DNA of 34,618 nt from Candidatus Eiseniibacteriota bacterium (GTDB lineage Bacteria > Eisenbacteria > RBG-16-71-46), in contig JBBRLX010000038.1 in NCBI GenBank assembly GCA_038231135.1, positions 1 through 34,618 of the forward strand. Reading direction: 5' to 3'. Below, one piece after another: positions 9,601 through 18,435 of the stretch (positions are counted from its first letter, which is position 1; each line of letters starts with the position of its first letter). The translations under genes and the position numbers were made by a program. A model generated the notes under the pieces. That model was not told where the DNA came from, made no database searches, and saw only the letters and a program-made list of their open reading frames with translations.

Positions 9601-10735
9601 GTCCAACGAAGACCGCGAACGCACGGTGTTCCTGGCGCTGCTCGCCCACGAATTGCGCAATCCGCTCGCCCCCGTGCGCAACGCACTGCGGATCATCCAG
9701 CTGTCGGGCGGCGATGGCGAGATGGTCCAGTCGGCCACGGGCATGATGGAGCGTCAGATCGGTCACATGGTGCGGCTGGTCGAAGACCTGATCGACGTGA
9801 GCCGCATCAGCCAGGGCAAGATCACGCTTCAAATGGAGCGGCTCGACCTGGTGCCGGTCGTGAAGCATGCGATCGACGCGGCCGGCGCCTCGACCGTCGC
9901 CATGGATCTCGAAGCCAGCGTCACGCTCCCGCCGCGGTCGGTGTACGTCGAGGGCGACGCCACGCGCATCACCCAGATCGTGGGCAACCTTCTCAACAAC
10001 GCCTACAAGTTCAGCGACAAGACCGGCCGCATCGAGCTCACGGTCGAACTCGTGGACTCCTGGGCGGTGATTCGCGTGCGTGACGGCGGCATCGGCATTC
10101 CGCCGGAACATCTGCCGCACATCTTCGACATGTTCATGCAGGTGGACACCTCGCTGGGCCGGTCGGTGGGCGGACTCGGCATCGGCCTCGCGCTGGTGAA
10201 GCACCTGGTCGAGAAGCACGGCGGGACGCTGAGCGCCGCAAGCGACGGACTCGGCAAGGGCAGCGAGTTCACGGTGCGGTTGCCGCTGTCCGCCGATCAG
10301 ACGACGCCGGAACGCCGCGCGACCATTCGGGACGACATTCCGGCCACGATGCCGCCGCGCCGGATACTGGTGGTCGATGACAATCAGGACGCCGCGGCGT
10401 CGCTGGGGCTGCTGCTCGCCCACAGCGGGCACGAGGTCCAGACGGCGTTCGACGGCGCGCAGGCTCTGGACATCGCGCAACGGACGAAGCCGGACATCAT
10501 CTTCCTCGACATCGGACTGCCGAAACTCAACGGCTACGAAGTTGCGCAACGGATTCGGAAGGAACCCTGGGGGGAGAAGGTGCTGCTCATCGCCCTCACC
10601 GGCTGGGGCAAGAGCGAGGACCGCGAGCAATCGCGTCGCGCGGGCTTTGACATCCACCTGGTGAAGCCGGTGAAGTTCGACGAGGTCCTGGTGTTCCTGC
10701 ACGGCAACGGATCGGCCGCCCGGGGAGGGCGTTGA
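6623..10735 (+). CDS. CheB methylesterase-CheR methyltransferase-PAS-histidine kinase-receiver hybrid
   Basis: CheB motifs GASAGG, VQHL and LSGTGTDG; CheR motifs IWVPGCSTGQEAYS and DLISCRNLLIY; NEEL heptad coiled coil; PAS regions; H-box LAHELRNPL; NLLNNAYKF, DGGIGI and GLGIGL boxes; REC LVVDD..FLDIGLP..KP. Start uncertain (ATG 6623 or 6698). Confidence 0.93.
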   Translation: MSTPASRSTRPDTSRTDPAELRPDSMPFPVVGIGASAGGLEAFSQLLGHLPVDTGMAFVLVQHLDPKHASKLSDLLAKYTTMPVVEVTQDLAVEADHVYVIPPNFTLTFIRGTLHLEPRDGHGPHVIDYFFKSLATDRQAGAIGVVLSGTGTDGTLGLQEIKASGGITFAQDEQSAKFAGMPQSASKSGCIDRILPPEKISEELARIGKNPYVASLSTTDPQATRGQTNDFARILALLRSTFGVDFSAYRDTTINRRILRRMVLHTRDSLAAYARLLEQDRAELGALYQDILINVTSFFRDPETFEAIKTQAFPQMLKDKPLDAPIRIWVPGCSTGQEAYSLAMILLEFLGEQTYRRTIQIFATDLSDTFALVKAREGCYPESIEAEVSPERLQRFFSKEDGVYRVHKDLRKMVVFAKQNVATDPPFSHLDLISCRNLLIYLSPPLQKRVIPTFHFALNPTGFLVLGGSETIGGHTDLFSAVDSENRIYIKKSTASRQYPHFRAEDYHARIMAGGVQAPEQPTAADWKREADRIALGQYVPPGVLVNANLDILQFRGNTGPYLTPSPGEPSHNLFKMAREGLFLELRSAIAECQETSMAVIHPDLRIRGNGEDVEFDLKVWPVRLPNAGEICYLIAFEERLSHLPLKAASGPAATPSDEIARLRHELASTREYLQSVIAQQDAGNEDLRSANEEILSSNEELQSTNEELETAKEELQSVNEELTTVNEQLQNRNADMTRLNDDLTNLINSAHVPTIVVDIDLRIRRFTPTAGLLLNLLPGDVGRPLGNIKPTLAIHDLEALVTRVMTTVHVEEREVRDVHGRWFLLRIHPYRTSDNKIDGAVAVFVDVDEAKRAQEALRDAMEYSQSIIETVLVPLVILDADLSVRSANPAYYRMFRTNRQQIEGQHLYELGNRQWDVPELRRQLEVVLPQNSSFDDFELTHDIEGIGERTLVLNARRIVRGDQQTELILLAIEDRTVSIRLSNELRQHVSRLSNEDRERTVFLALLAHELRNPLAPVRNALRIIQLSGGDGEMVQSATGMMERQIGHMVRLVEDLIDVSRISQGKITLQMERLDLVPVVKHAIDAAGASTVAMDLEASVTLPPRSVYVEGDATRITQIVGNLLNNAYKFSDKTGRIELTVELVDSWAVIRVRDGGIGIPPEHLPHIFDMFMQVDTSLGRSVGGLGIGLALVKHLVEKHGGTLSAASDGLGKGSEFTVRLPLSADQTTPERRATIRDDIPATMPPRRILVVDDNQDAAASLGLLLAHSGHEVQTAFDGAQALDIAQRTKPDIIFLDIGLPKLNGYEVAQRIRKEPWGEKVLLIALTGWGKSEDREQSRRAGFDIHLVKPVKFDEVLVFLHGNGSAARGGR

Positions 10736-12075
10736 ACGGCCTGAATCGCAGGTGCCTCGTCCCGCTCCTCGCTGCGGGCCTGCTCGCATCCGCACCGGCC
10801 GCCCAGGCCCACAACGCGGCGTTCGTGGTGAGCCGCGATTCCACCGCGCACCCGCGGCTCGGGCTCCATGGCCCGCGCGACTACCTCGATGGCCGCACGT
10901 GCATCACGCTGCGCAAGGGCGACGACGTGCTCCGCGGCTACTGGTTCTGCGACGCCCCCGGCCTGTCGTCGCTGAACCAGGACGGGCTCGTCCGCGGCCG
11001 GCTGCGCCTGCAACCCCGGAATCGCATGGCCCTCGAGCTGGTTCGCGCGGACCCGGGATTCGCGATGCTCGAGCCCAGCACCTGGAACGTCGTGCTGGCG
11101 CGCCGTGGCCAGACGTACGAATTCGTCCGGGACCCGGGCGGCCAGTTCTCGATTCAGATGATCGCCCGCGTGCCGCGGCCGGGACATTGGTCGGCGACCT
11201 TCCGATTCGTCGACAAGGCGGGCCTGTCCGCGCCGTCCGATCCGTTTACACTGTGCTTCACCACCGACCTCGCGGCCGATCCGGCGGGCGTCCCGGTGAC
11301 GCTCGCGTCCACGTACCTCGACGCCGTGCAGGAACTGCGGAAACACCTGGTCGCGGCCGAGGCGTCGATTCCGGCCGACAAGCTCAGCCTCGTCAGTTAC
11401 GAGGCGTCGGCGCTCCACACGCTGGCGGAGTCCGTGCCCGGGCTCGCGGGCGCCCCGGATACCGGGGTTCCAGCCGTCGCGCGCGCCGCCGTGGGTTCGC
11501 ACGCGGCCGCGCTCATCGCCGTGACGGTCCCGCTGCATCAGTCCGCCGACCTCGGTGACATGGCCGGAGCCGTAACGCAGCTCCAAGCGGCCGGCGTCCT
11601 CGTGGATTCGCTCGAGGCGTATGCGCCGCGGCGCTACACGTGCCCGATGGGCGACCTGGACGGCAGGACGTATCCCGCGCCCGGCAACTGCCCGGTGTGC
11701 GGCATGAAGCTCATGGACACGCTCGCGCACCTCGACCATACGCCCAGGCACGGCGGCGCCTTCATGATGACTCCCGACTTCCGCCACCACCTCGAGGCCG
11801 TCGTCGGCGCCGCTCGCGAGCTGCGGGTGTATTTCTACGACGAGTTCACAAAGCCGATCGCGGCCCAATCGATCCGCGCCCGCGTGGAACTGGCGCGGTC
11901 GGGCGCCGGCCCCGCGCCGTCGATCGCTCTGGCACCGGGGCCGGAGCCAGCCTGCCTGGTCGCGACGCTGCCGGCGCAGAATCGGAACCCGCACTCGCTC
12001 ACACTCGTGGTGGACTTCGGCGACGGCCAGGGTGAGCAGTCGTATTTCGTCGCCATGCCCGGCTCGCGGCGCTAG
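10732..12075 (+). CDS. Secreted multidomain protein with heavy-metal-binding (YTCPM..CPxCGM) motif
   Basis: Signal peptide ending AQA|H; YTCPMGDLDGRTYPAPGNCPVCGMKL; HLDHTPRHGG..HHLE. TTG start overlaps the kinase stop, with GGAGG upstream. Confidence 0.75.
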   Translation: MNGLNRRCLVPLLAAGLLASAPAAQAHNAAFVVSRDSTAHPRLGLHGPRDYLDGRTCITLRKGDDVLRGYWFCDAPGLSSLNQDGLVRGRLRLQPRNRMALELVRADPGFAMLEPSTWNVVLARRGQTYEFVRDPGGQFSIQMIARVPRPGHWSATFRFVDKAGLSAPSDPFTLCFTTDLAADPAGVPVTLASTYLDAVQELRKHLVAAEASIPADKLSLVSYEASALHTLAESVPGLAGAPDTGVPAVARAAVGSHAAALIAVTVPLHQSADLGDMAGAVTQLQAAGVLVDSLEAYAPRRYTCPMGDLDGRTYPAPGNCPVCGMKLMDTLAHLDHTPRHGGAFMMTPDFRHHLEAVVGAARELRVYFYDEFTKPIAAQSIRARVELARSGAGPAPSIALAPGPEPACLVATLPAQNRNPHSLTLVVDFGDGQGEQSYFVAMPGSRR

Positions 12076-12166
12076 CGTCCGGTGAACTACTAGCGGACGG
12101 TGGCGCGCCCGAGCGGCCGGGCGTGTCGACATCGTCCGCATGCGGGTTGCTGCTCGAACGCCGGCA

Positions 12167-15100
12167 TCATGCCACCACCCGCAGGCGCTTCCGTTCCTGC
12201 TTGAGCTGGGAGTAACGCCAGTACGTGTACACGACCGGGATGATCTCCAGGGTCAGGAACGCCGAGGTGAACAGCCCTCCCACCATCGGGGCGGCGACGC
12301 GTTTCATGACGTCGGCGCCGGCGCCCTGCGACCACAGCAGGGGCACGAGGCCGATCATCATCGTCGCCACGGTCATGAGTTTCGGCCGCACGCGTTGAAC
12401 GGAGCCCTCGAGCGTGGCCTCGACGATGTCGTCGAGGTCGCGAATCCGGCCTGCGGCCTGGTACTTGTGATACGCGCTGTCGCAATACACCACCATCACG
12501 ACCCCGGTCTGCGCGGCGAGTCCGACGAGCGCGATGATCCCGACCCATGTGGCGGTGGACAGGTTGTAGTGCAGGATCGCCATGAGCCAGATGCTGCCGA
12601 CGAGCGCGAACGGCACCGAGGCGAGGACGATCAGGGCTTCGGACAGATTGCCGAAGTTCATGTACAACAGCAGCAGCACGATCACGAGCGTCAGCGGCAC
12701 CAGGAACCGCATGCGCGCCTGCATTTGCTGCAGGAGTTCATACTGCCCGGTCCACTTGAGGGAGTAGCCGGTCGGCAGCTTGATCTCCTTGTCGACCGCC
12801 CGCTTGGCCTCGTCGACGTAGGAGCCGATGTCCTGCTTCGAGACATCCATGTCCACGTAGACGTAGCCGGTGAGCATGCCTGCTTCATCGCGGATCATGG
12901 GGGGCCCGGTGACGACATGGATGTCGGCGACCTGCCCGAGCGGGACGTGCTGGCCGCTCGGTTCCGACCACACCCCGCCCCCGGACGGGCCGCCGGGCTC
13001 CGGCGGCAGCACGTTGCCCTGCCCACCCTCGTTCATGCTGCCGGAGCCGGATCCGCCCATGCCGGAACCCGCTCCGCCGCCGGGCCGTGTGCCGGATCCA
13101 CCCATGGCCTGGGCGAGATAATCGTCACCGGCGTCGGACACGCCTGCCGAGGCGAGCAGCACCGGAGCGGCCCCTGCGACGGAGCTCATGCCCCCGCCCA
13201 TTCCGGAGGCCGGGGCGCCGCCCGCGGCCGCGTGCAGTGGCACCAGCACGTGTTTCAGGTGTTCGATGTCCTGGCGCAGGTCGCGCGGATAGCGGACGTT
13301 GATACTGAAGCGATTGCGGCCCTCCACGGTGACCTCGATGGGCTGGCCACCCACGGCGGCCTCGATGACGTCCTGCACCTCGCCCAGCGTCAGGCCATAG
13401 CGCGCGAGGGCGGCGCGGTCGGGGATGATGTCGATGTAGAACCCACCCGTGTTGCGGTCCGAGTACACGCTGCGCGTGTTCGGGACCTTCGACACCGTGC
13501 GCTCGAGATCCATGCCGATCCGCTCGATGGTGTCGAGGCTGGCGCCGAACACCTTGATGCCGATCGGCGTCCGGATTCCGGTCGACAGCATGTCGATGCG
13601 CGTCTTGATCGGCATGGTCCACGCGTTGGTCCAGCCCGGCATCTGTAGAGTGCGATTCAGGGCATCGGTGAGTTCCTGCCAGGTAATGCGGTGGCGGTCC
13701 GGCCAGAACGGCCGGAACACCGGTTTGAGCCAGCCGGGCGCCCAGCCGGAATACCAGCGCGGGTCGGCGAGCATGCGCCAGTGTTCGCGCGGCCTGAGCT
13801 GCACGATGGTCTCGACCATCGAGAGCGGAGCGGGATCGGTCGGGGTCTCGGAGCGGCCTGCCTTGCCGAACACGGACACCACCTCGGGGAACGTCCGAAT
13901 GAGACGGTCCTGGACCTGAACGTAGCGCTTGGCCTCCTCGATCGAGATGTTGGGGAACGTAGTCGGCATGTACAGCATGTCGCCCTCGTTCAGGGGCGGC
14001 ATGAACTCGTTGCCGAGCCGCAGCGCCATGGGCACGGTCGCGAGCACGGCGGCAAGGCCGATCGCGATCGTCGTCTTTGGATTCTTGAGCGCGACCCACG
14101 CGAACGGCCGGTAGACGGCAATCATCGCGCGCGAGACCGGGTGGTCCTTCTCGTGTTTGATCTTGCCGCGGATCAACAGCGACATGAGCGCCGGCGACAG
14201 CGTGATCGAGATCAGGGCGGCGAACGCCATCGAGAACGTCTTCGTGAAGGCGAGCGGTTTGAACAGCCGCCCGGCCTGGCCGTTCAGCCCGAAAATCGGC
14301 AGGAACGCCACCGTGATGATCAGGAGCGAGAAGAAGATCGGGGGTCCCACCTCCTGCGCGGCCGCGATCAACACCTGCTGCCGGTTCGCGCCCGGCGGCG
14401 CGGTCTCGAGGTGCTTGTGAGCGTTCTCCACCAGGACGATCGCGGCGTCCACCATGGCGCCGATCGCGATCGCGATGCCGCCGAGGCTCATGATGTTCGC
14501 GTTGATGCGCAGGAAGTACATTGGTACGAACGCGAGCCCGACCGCCACGGGCAGCGACAGCACCGGTACCAGCGTGCTGCGGAAGTGGAGCAGGAAGATG
14601 AAAATGATCACGCTCACCACGATCGCTTCCTCGAGCAGCGTGTGCCGCAGCGTCGAGATGGCCCGCTCGATGAGTCGCGAGCGGTCGTAGACGATCTTCA
14701 CCTCGACGCCGGGCGGGAACGACGATCGGAGCTCGGCGAGCTTGCGCTTCACCCGTTCGATCACCTGCGGGGCATTCTCGCCGTAGCGCATGACGATCGT
14801 CCCGCCGACGGCCTCGCCTTCGCCGTCCAGCTCGGTCACGCCGCGCCGGATGTCGGGCCCGAACATCACGGTGCCCACGTCGCCGACTCGAATGGGCGTG
14901 CCGGTGCGCTTGTCGGAGCCGAGCGCCACCTGGCGCAGGTCGTCGAGGTCTTTTACGTAACCGCGGCCGCGCACGAAGTACTCGCGCCCCGACATCTCGA
15001 TGATGCGGCCGCCCACGTCCGAGTTGCTGCGCCGGATCGCCCCGGTGACGTCCGCCAGCGAGAGTCCGTAGGCATGCAGCCGCTCGGGGTCGACCTCGAC

Positions 15101-15664
15101 CTGGTACTGCTTCTGGTAACCGCCCACCGAGGCGACCTCGGCCACTCCGGGCACGCTCGCCAGCGCGTAGCGCAGATTGAAGTCCTGGAACGTGCGGAGC
15201 TCGGACAGATCGTGTTGTCCGGACGTGTCCACCAGCGCGTACTGGAACACCCAGCCCACCGACGTGGCGTCGGGGCCGAGCACCGGGTTCACCCCCTGCG
15301 GCAGGCGCGTGCGGATGCTGCTCATGTACTCGAGAACGCGACTGCGCGCCCAGTAGAGGTCGGTGCCCTCCTTGAAGATCACGTAGATGAAGCTCATGCC
15401 GAACATGGATTGTCCCCGCACCGCCTCGACCTGCGGTGCGCCGAGCAACGCGGACACGATGGGATAGGTGACCTGATCCTCCACCAGGTCCGGGCTCCGG
15501 CCCATCCACTCGGTGAACACGATGACCTGCGGGTCCGAGAGATCCGGGATGGCGTCGAGCGGAACGCTGCGTACGGCGACGATGGACCCGGCCACGACGA
15601 AGGCGGTGAAGATGAACACCAGCGCCCGGTGGGTCGCGCAGTACTCGATCACACGGCCGATCAC
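12167..15664 (-). CDS. cusA: CusA/SilA-type Cu(I)/Ag(I) RND efflux permease with a Gly/Ser/Met-rich insertion
   Basis: PLDAIPDLSDPQVI, LGPDATSVGWV, GAMVDAAIVLVEN; Met-site segments LYMPTT, PLSMVET and WTMPIK; RVRPKLMT. Confidence 0.93.
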   Translation of the reverse strand: MIGRVIEYCATHRALVFIFTAFVVAGSIVAVRSVPLDAIPDLSDPQVIVFTEWMGRSPDLVEDQVTYPIVSALLGAPQVEAVRGQSMFGMSFIYVIFKEGTDLYWARSRVLEYMSSIRTRLPQGVNPVLGPDATSVGWVFQYALVDTSGQHDLSELRTFQDFNLRYALASVPGVAEVASVGGYQKQYQVEVDPERLHAYGLSLADVTGAIRRSNSDVGGRIIEMSGREYFVRGRGYVKDLDDLRQVALGSDKRTGTPIRVGDVGTVMFGPDIRRGVTELDGEGEAVGGTIVMRYGENAPQVIERVKRKLAELRSSFPPGVEVKIVYDRSRLIERAISTLRHTLLEEAIVVSVIIFIFLLHFRSTLVPVLSLPVAVGLAFVPMYFLRINANIMSLGGIAIAIGAMVDAAIVLVENAHKHLETAPPGANRQQVLIAAAQEVGPPIFFSLLIITVAFLPIFGLNGQAGRLFKPLAFTKTFSMAFAALISITLSPALMSLLIRGKIKHEKDHPVSRAMIAVYRPFAWVALKNPKTTIAIGLAAVLATVPMALRLGNEFMPPLNEGDMLYMPTTFPNISIEEAKRYVQVQDRLIRTFPEVVSVFGKAGRSETPTDPAPLSMVETIVQLRPREHWRMLADPRWYSGWAPGWLKPVFRPFWPDRHRITWQELTDALNRTLQMPGWTNAWTMPIKTRIDMLSTGIRTPIGIKVFGASLDTIERIGMDLERTVSKVPNTRSVYSDRNTGGFYIDIIPDRAALARYGLTLGEVQDVIEAAVGGQPIEVTVEGRNRFSINVRYPRDLRQDIEHLKHVLVPLHAAAGGAPASGMGGGMSSVAGAAPVLLASAGVSDAGDDYLAQAMGGSGTRPGGGAGSGMGGSGSGSMNEGGQGNVLPPEPGGPSGGGVWSEPSGQHVPLGQVADIHVVTGPPMIRDEAGMLTGYVYVDMDVSKQDIGSYVDEAKRAVDKEIKLPTGYSLKWTGQYELLQQMQARMRFLVPLTLVIVLLLLYMNFGNLSEALIVLASVPFALVGSIWLMAILHYNLSTATWVGIIALVGLAAQTGVVMVVYCDSAYHKYQAAGRIRDLDDIVEATLEGSVQRVRPKLMTVATMMIGLVPLLWSQGAGADVMKRVAAPMVGGLFTSAFLTLEIIPVVYTYWRYSQLKQERKRLRVVA

Positions 15665-17058
15665 GGGGTGCCTCCCGCTCCATGATCCATGCCGGCCATG
15701 CCGGGCTGCGATCCCATGCCCGCGATCGCCGCCTTGAGCCGGCTCTCCGAGTCGATCAGGAACGAGGCGCTCGAGACGACCGTGTCACCCTCGGCCACGC
15801 CTTTCAGAATCTGAACGCGATCGCCCTCGGGCATCCCGGTCCACACCATTCGCGGTTCGAAGCGCCCGCCGGCATGGGCGAGAAACACATACGAGTGCTG
15901 GCCGGCGTTGACCACGGCCTCGGATGGCACCGACAGCGCGTGGGCGCCGCGAGCGGACACGTGTACCCGGCCGTACATGCCGGGCCGGAGCGCACCATCC
16001 CCGTTCGCGAGCGCCAGGCGGGCTTTCAACGTGCGAGTCTCGTTCGACACGGTGGGATAGACGAACTCGACGCGCCCATCGTAGTTCCGCCCCGGCATGG
16101 CATCGGAGGTGAACCTCGCCACGTCTCCCACGTGCACGCGCGACATGTCCATCTCGTAGACGTCCGCCATCACCCATACGCGTGACAGGTCCGCGAGCGT
16201 GAGCAGCGGCGTGTCCGCCCCCACGTACTGGCCCTCCGTGACGCCGCGTTCCAGCACGGTGCCGCCGACCGGAGAGCGCAGCACCAGTTGCGTCGATGCC
16301 TTGTGCTCGCGGTCGAGCCGCTGAATCTCCTCGTTCGGGACCCCCAGCAGGCGCAGGCGTTCGGCGCCGGGGATGTCCATCATGTCGTGAGCCGGGTCCG
16401 CCATGGAATCCATGCCGCCATGGTTGATCAGGTACTCCTGTTCGCTCTGGAACAGTTCGGGGCTGTAGATGGATAGCAGCGGCTGCCCGGCCTTCACCTG
16501 GACGCCGGTCTCGTTCACGTAGAGCTCCCGGATCCAGCCCGACACCCGGATCTGCACCCGCCTTAGCCGGGACTCGTTCGGCGTGACGAAGCCGACGAGG
16601 TCGAGCTGGCCGCCCAGCGCCGACCGCTCGACCCGTGCGGTGCGGACACCGATCATCTGGATGCGTTCGGGGGTGATCTGCACCGAGGTTAGTCCGGCGA
16701 CGTTGCCCATCTGGCCCGCGACGTTGCTGCCGTTGTGATCGGCGACCGACACGGGTTCGAGCGTCATGCCGCAGATCGGACACTCGCCCGGTTTGTCGGA
16801 CGTGTAACTCGGGTGCATCGGGCAGTGATAGATCACCTTCCCCGCGGCTCCCGTGGTGACCGGGGCGGGGCGCCGGGACATCGCGTAGCTGCCGATGCTC
16901 ACAATGGCCAGCACGAGCAGGAACGCGAACAGCACCCAGCGCAGGATGTTCATGAAGTGCGCGCCGGGCGGCGGCGCGTGGGCCGGCGAGGGTGCGATAG
17001 GGACGATCCCTCCCGGCGCCTCGTCCACGCGCGGCGTGGTGTCATCGATCGGGTTCAT
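15661..17058 (-). CDS. cusB: CusB-type RND periplasmic adaptor with N-terminal heavy-metal-binding motif
   Basis: TM anchor, YHCPMHP..CPICGMTL, lipoyl halves, YSPEL, LRPGMY and FLIDSESRL; Met/His-rich tail; 4-bp overlaps with both neighbours. Confidence 0.92.
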   Translation of the reverse strand: MNPIDDTTPRVDEAPGGIVPIAPSPAHAPPPGAHFMNILRWVLFAFLLVLAIVSIGSYAMSRRPAPVTTGAAGKVIYHCPMHPSYTSDKPGECPICGMTLEPVSVADHNGSNVAGQMGNVAGLTSVQITPERIQMIGVRTARVERSALGGQLDLVGFVTPNESRLRRVQIRVSGWIRELYVNETGVQVKAGQPLLSIYSPELFQSEQEYLINHGGMDSMADPAHDMMDIPGAERLRLLGVPNEEIQRLDREHKASTQLVLRSPVGGTVLERGVTEGQYVGADTPLLTLADLSRVWVMADVYEMDMSRVHVGDVARFTSDAMPGRNYDGRVEFVYPTVSNETRTLKARLALANGDGALRPGMYGRVHVSARGAHALSVPSEAVVNAGQHSYVFLAHAGGRFEPRMVWTGMPEGDRVQILKGVAEGDTVVSSASFLIDSESRLKAAIAGMGSQPGMAGMDHGAGGTP

Positions 17059-18353
17059 CGTTCGTTCCCCTCGTGAACCGGCAGAGTGATTCCGAGCAGG
17101 TCGCCGCGCGCCGTGATGGCGAGGAGCCTGGCCTCGGTGCGTGCGAGATCCTGACGCGCGCGCGTGAGGGCGACCTCCTCGTCATACAGAGCATGACTGG
17201 CTTCGAACACCCGCCACAGGTCCGTGGCGCCGGCGTCGTACGCGCTGTACGACGCCGCGACCGCGCGCCGTTGCGTGACGACCACGGTGTCCGCCAGCAG
17301 GGCAACCGTGCGCCGATCGGCACGGGTGCTGGCATACAGGCTGCGGGCCTGCTGATCGAGATCGAGAGTCGCGGCGCGCAAATCGTCCTCGGACGCCCGT
17401 GCCATGGCGTCCATTTCGAGACCCTCCGAGAGCTCGCGCTGGTTCGCGAACACCGGCAGCATGACCCCCAGGGTTGCGGACCACATGTTGTCCTGCGGGA
17501 TTCCCATGATCGGCTGGCGGATGCCATAGGACATCCCGACCTGCAAATCCGGCCACAGCATCCGCCGCGCGGCGCGTGCGGCGAACCGATAGCGCTCGAC
17601 CCGCGCCCGCAGCTCGCGCAATCGCGGATGGCTGTCGTTCACGAGCGCGATGACCGCCGCCGCGTCTTCGGGCGGGGTGGCCGCCGGCGGGGGCTCCAGG
17701 GAGTCCGGCAGGGCGGCGGCCTCGCGGCCCATCAGTGCGGCGAGGCGGGCGCGGGCGCCCTGCTCCTCGGCTTCGTAGGCCGCGATATCGGACAGCGTTC
17801 GGGCCTGCTCGGCCTGTGCGCGGAGCATGTCGTCCAGTCTGCCGTTGCCCGACTCGTAGCGGACCCGCGCGGAGCGGACCAGCCGGTCCATCTCGCCGCG
17901 ATGGGCAAAGCTCGAGGCCGCAAGCGTCCCGGCGTAGTAGGCGTCGGTGTAGGCCTCCCACGCCATCGCGAACAGTTCGTAGTTCGTCAACTCCAAGCCG
18001 GCGCCTGCGGCCTTCGCGGCCGCGAAGGCGGATCTCCGGCTGAGACCCAGGGCTCCGGACACCGGGACGCGCTGCTCGACCCCGATCATCTTCATGGTCA
18101 TCGGCTGCATGTCGAAGCGGCCGCTGGTCGGCACGTTGATCAGCCCGAATTCGGCCATCGGGGATTGCCACGCGCCGGCGGGCGCAACCCGCCGCCGGGC
18201 GGCCTCGACCATCTCGCGGCGGCTCGCGAGCGTCGGATTCGCGGTCGCGACCTCGCGCAGCGCGCCCTGGAGGTCCAGCGCTCTCGCGATCGTGGGTGCG
18301 GCGACGACCAGCACGGCGAACACGAGAATGCTGGGCCAAACCACGGACCTCAT
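17055..18353 (-). CDS. TolC/CusC-type outer membrane efflux channel
   Basis: Signal peptide, ANPTL..., two helical OEP repeats (RYESGNG, AYDAGATD), Met-rich loop FDMQPMTMKM. ATG at 18353 with GGAGGT RBS. Confidence 0.88.
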   Translation of the reverse strand: MRSVVWPSILVFAVLVVAAPTIARALDLQGALREVATANPTLASRREMVEAARRRVAPAGAWQSPMAEFGLINVPTSGRFDMQPMTMKMIGVEQRVPVSGALGLSRRSAFAAAKAAGAGLELTNYELFAMAWEAYTDAYYAGTLAASSFAHRGEMDRLVRSARVRYESGNGRLDDMLRAQAEQARTLSDIAAYEAEEQGARARLAALMGREAAALPDSLEPPPAATPPEDAAAVIALVNDSHPRLRELRARVERYRFAARAARRMLWPDLQVGMSYGIRQPIMGIPQDNMWSATLGVMLPVFANQRELSEGLEMDAMARASEDDLRAATLDLDQQARSLYASTRADRRTVALLADTVVVTQRRAVAASYSAYDAGATDLWRVFEASHALYDEEVALTRARQDLARTEARLLAITARGDLLGITLPVHEGNER

Positions 18354-18435
18354 GGGTGAACCTCCCGATTGCCTGCACGACTGCGCGACCTCGAGTTCCA
18401 GCGTCACCGGGCACCGCCCTGCGGATTCTCGGCCA

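Noticed and set aside
13125..15683. 852-aa same-strand alternative-frame ORF over cusA (also 22174-23985 and 2209-4047)
   Set aside because: Arg/Gly/Pro-rich off-frame translation typical of GC3 bias.
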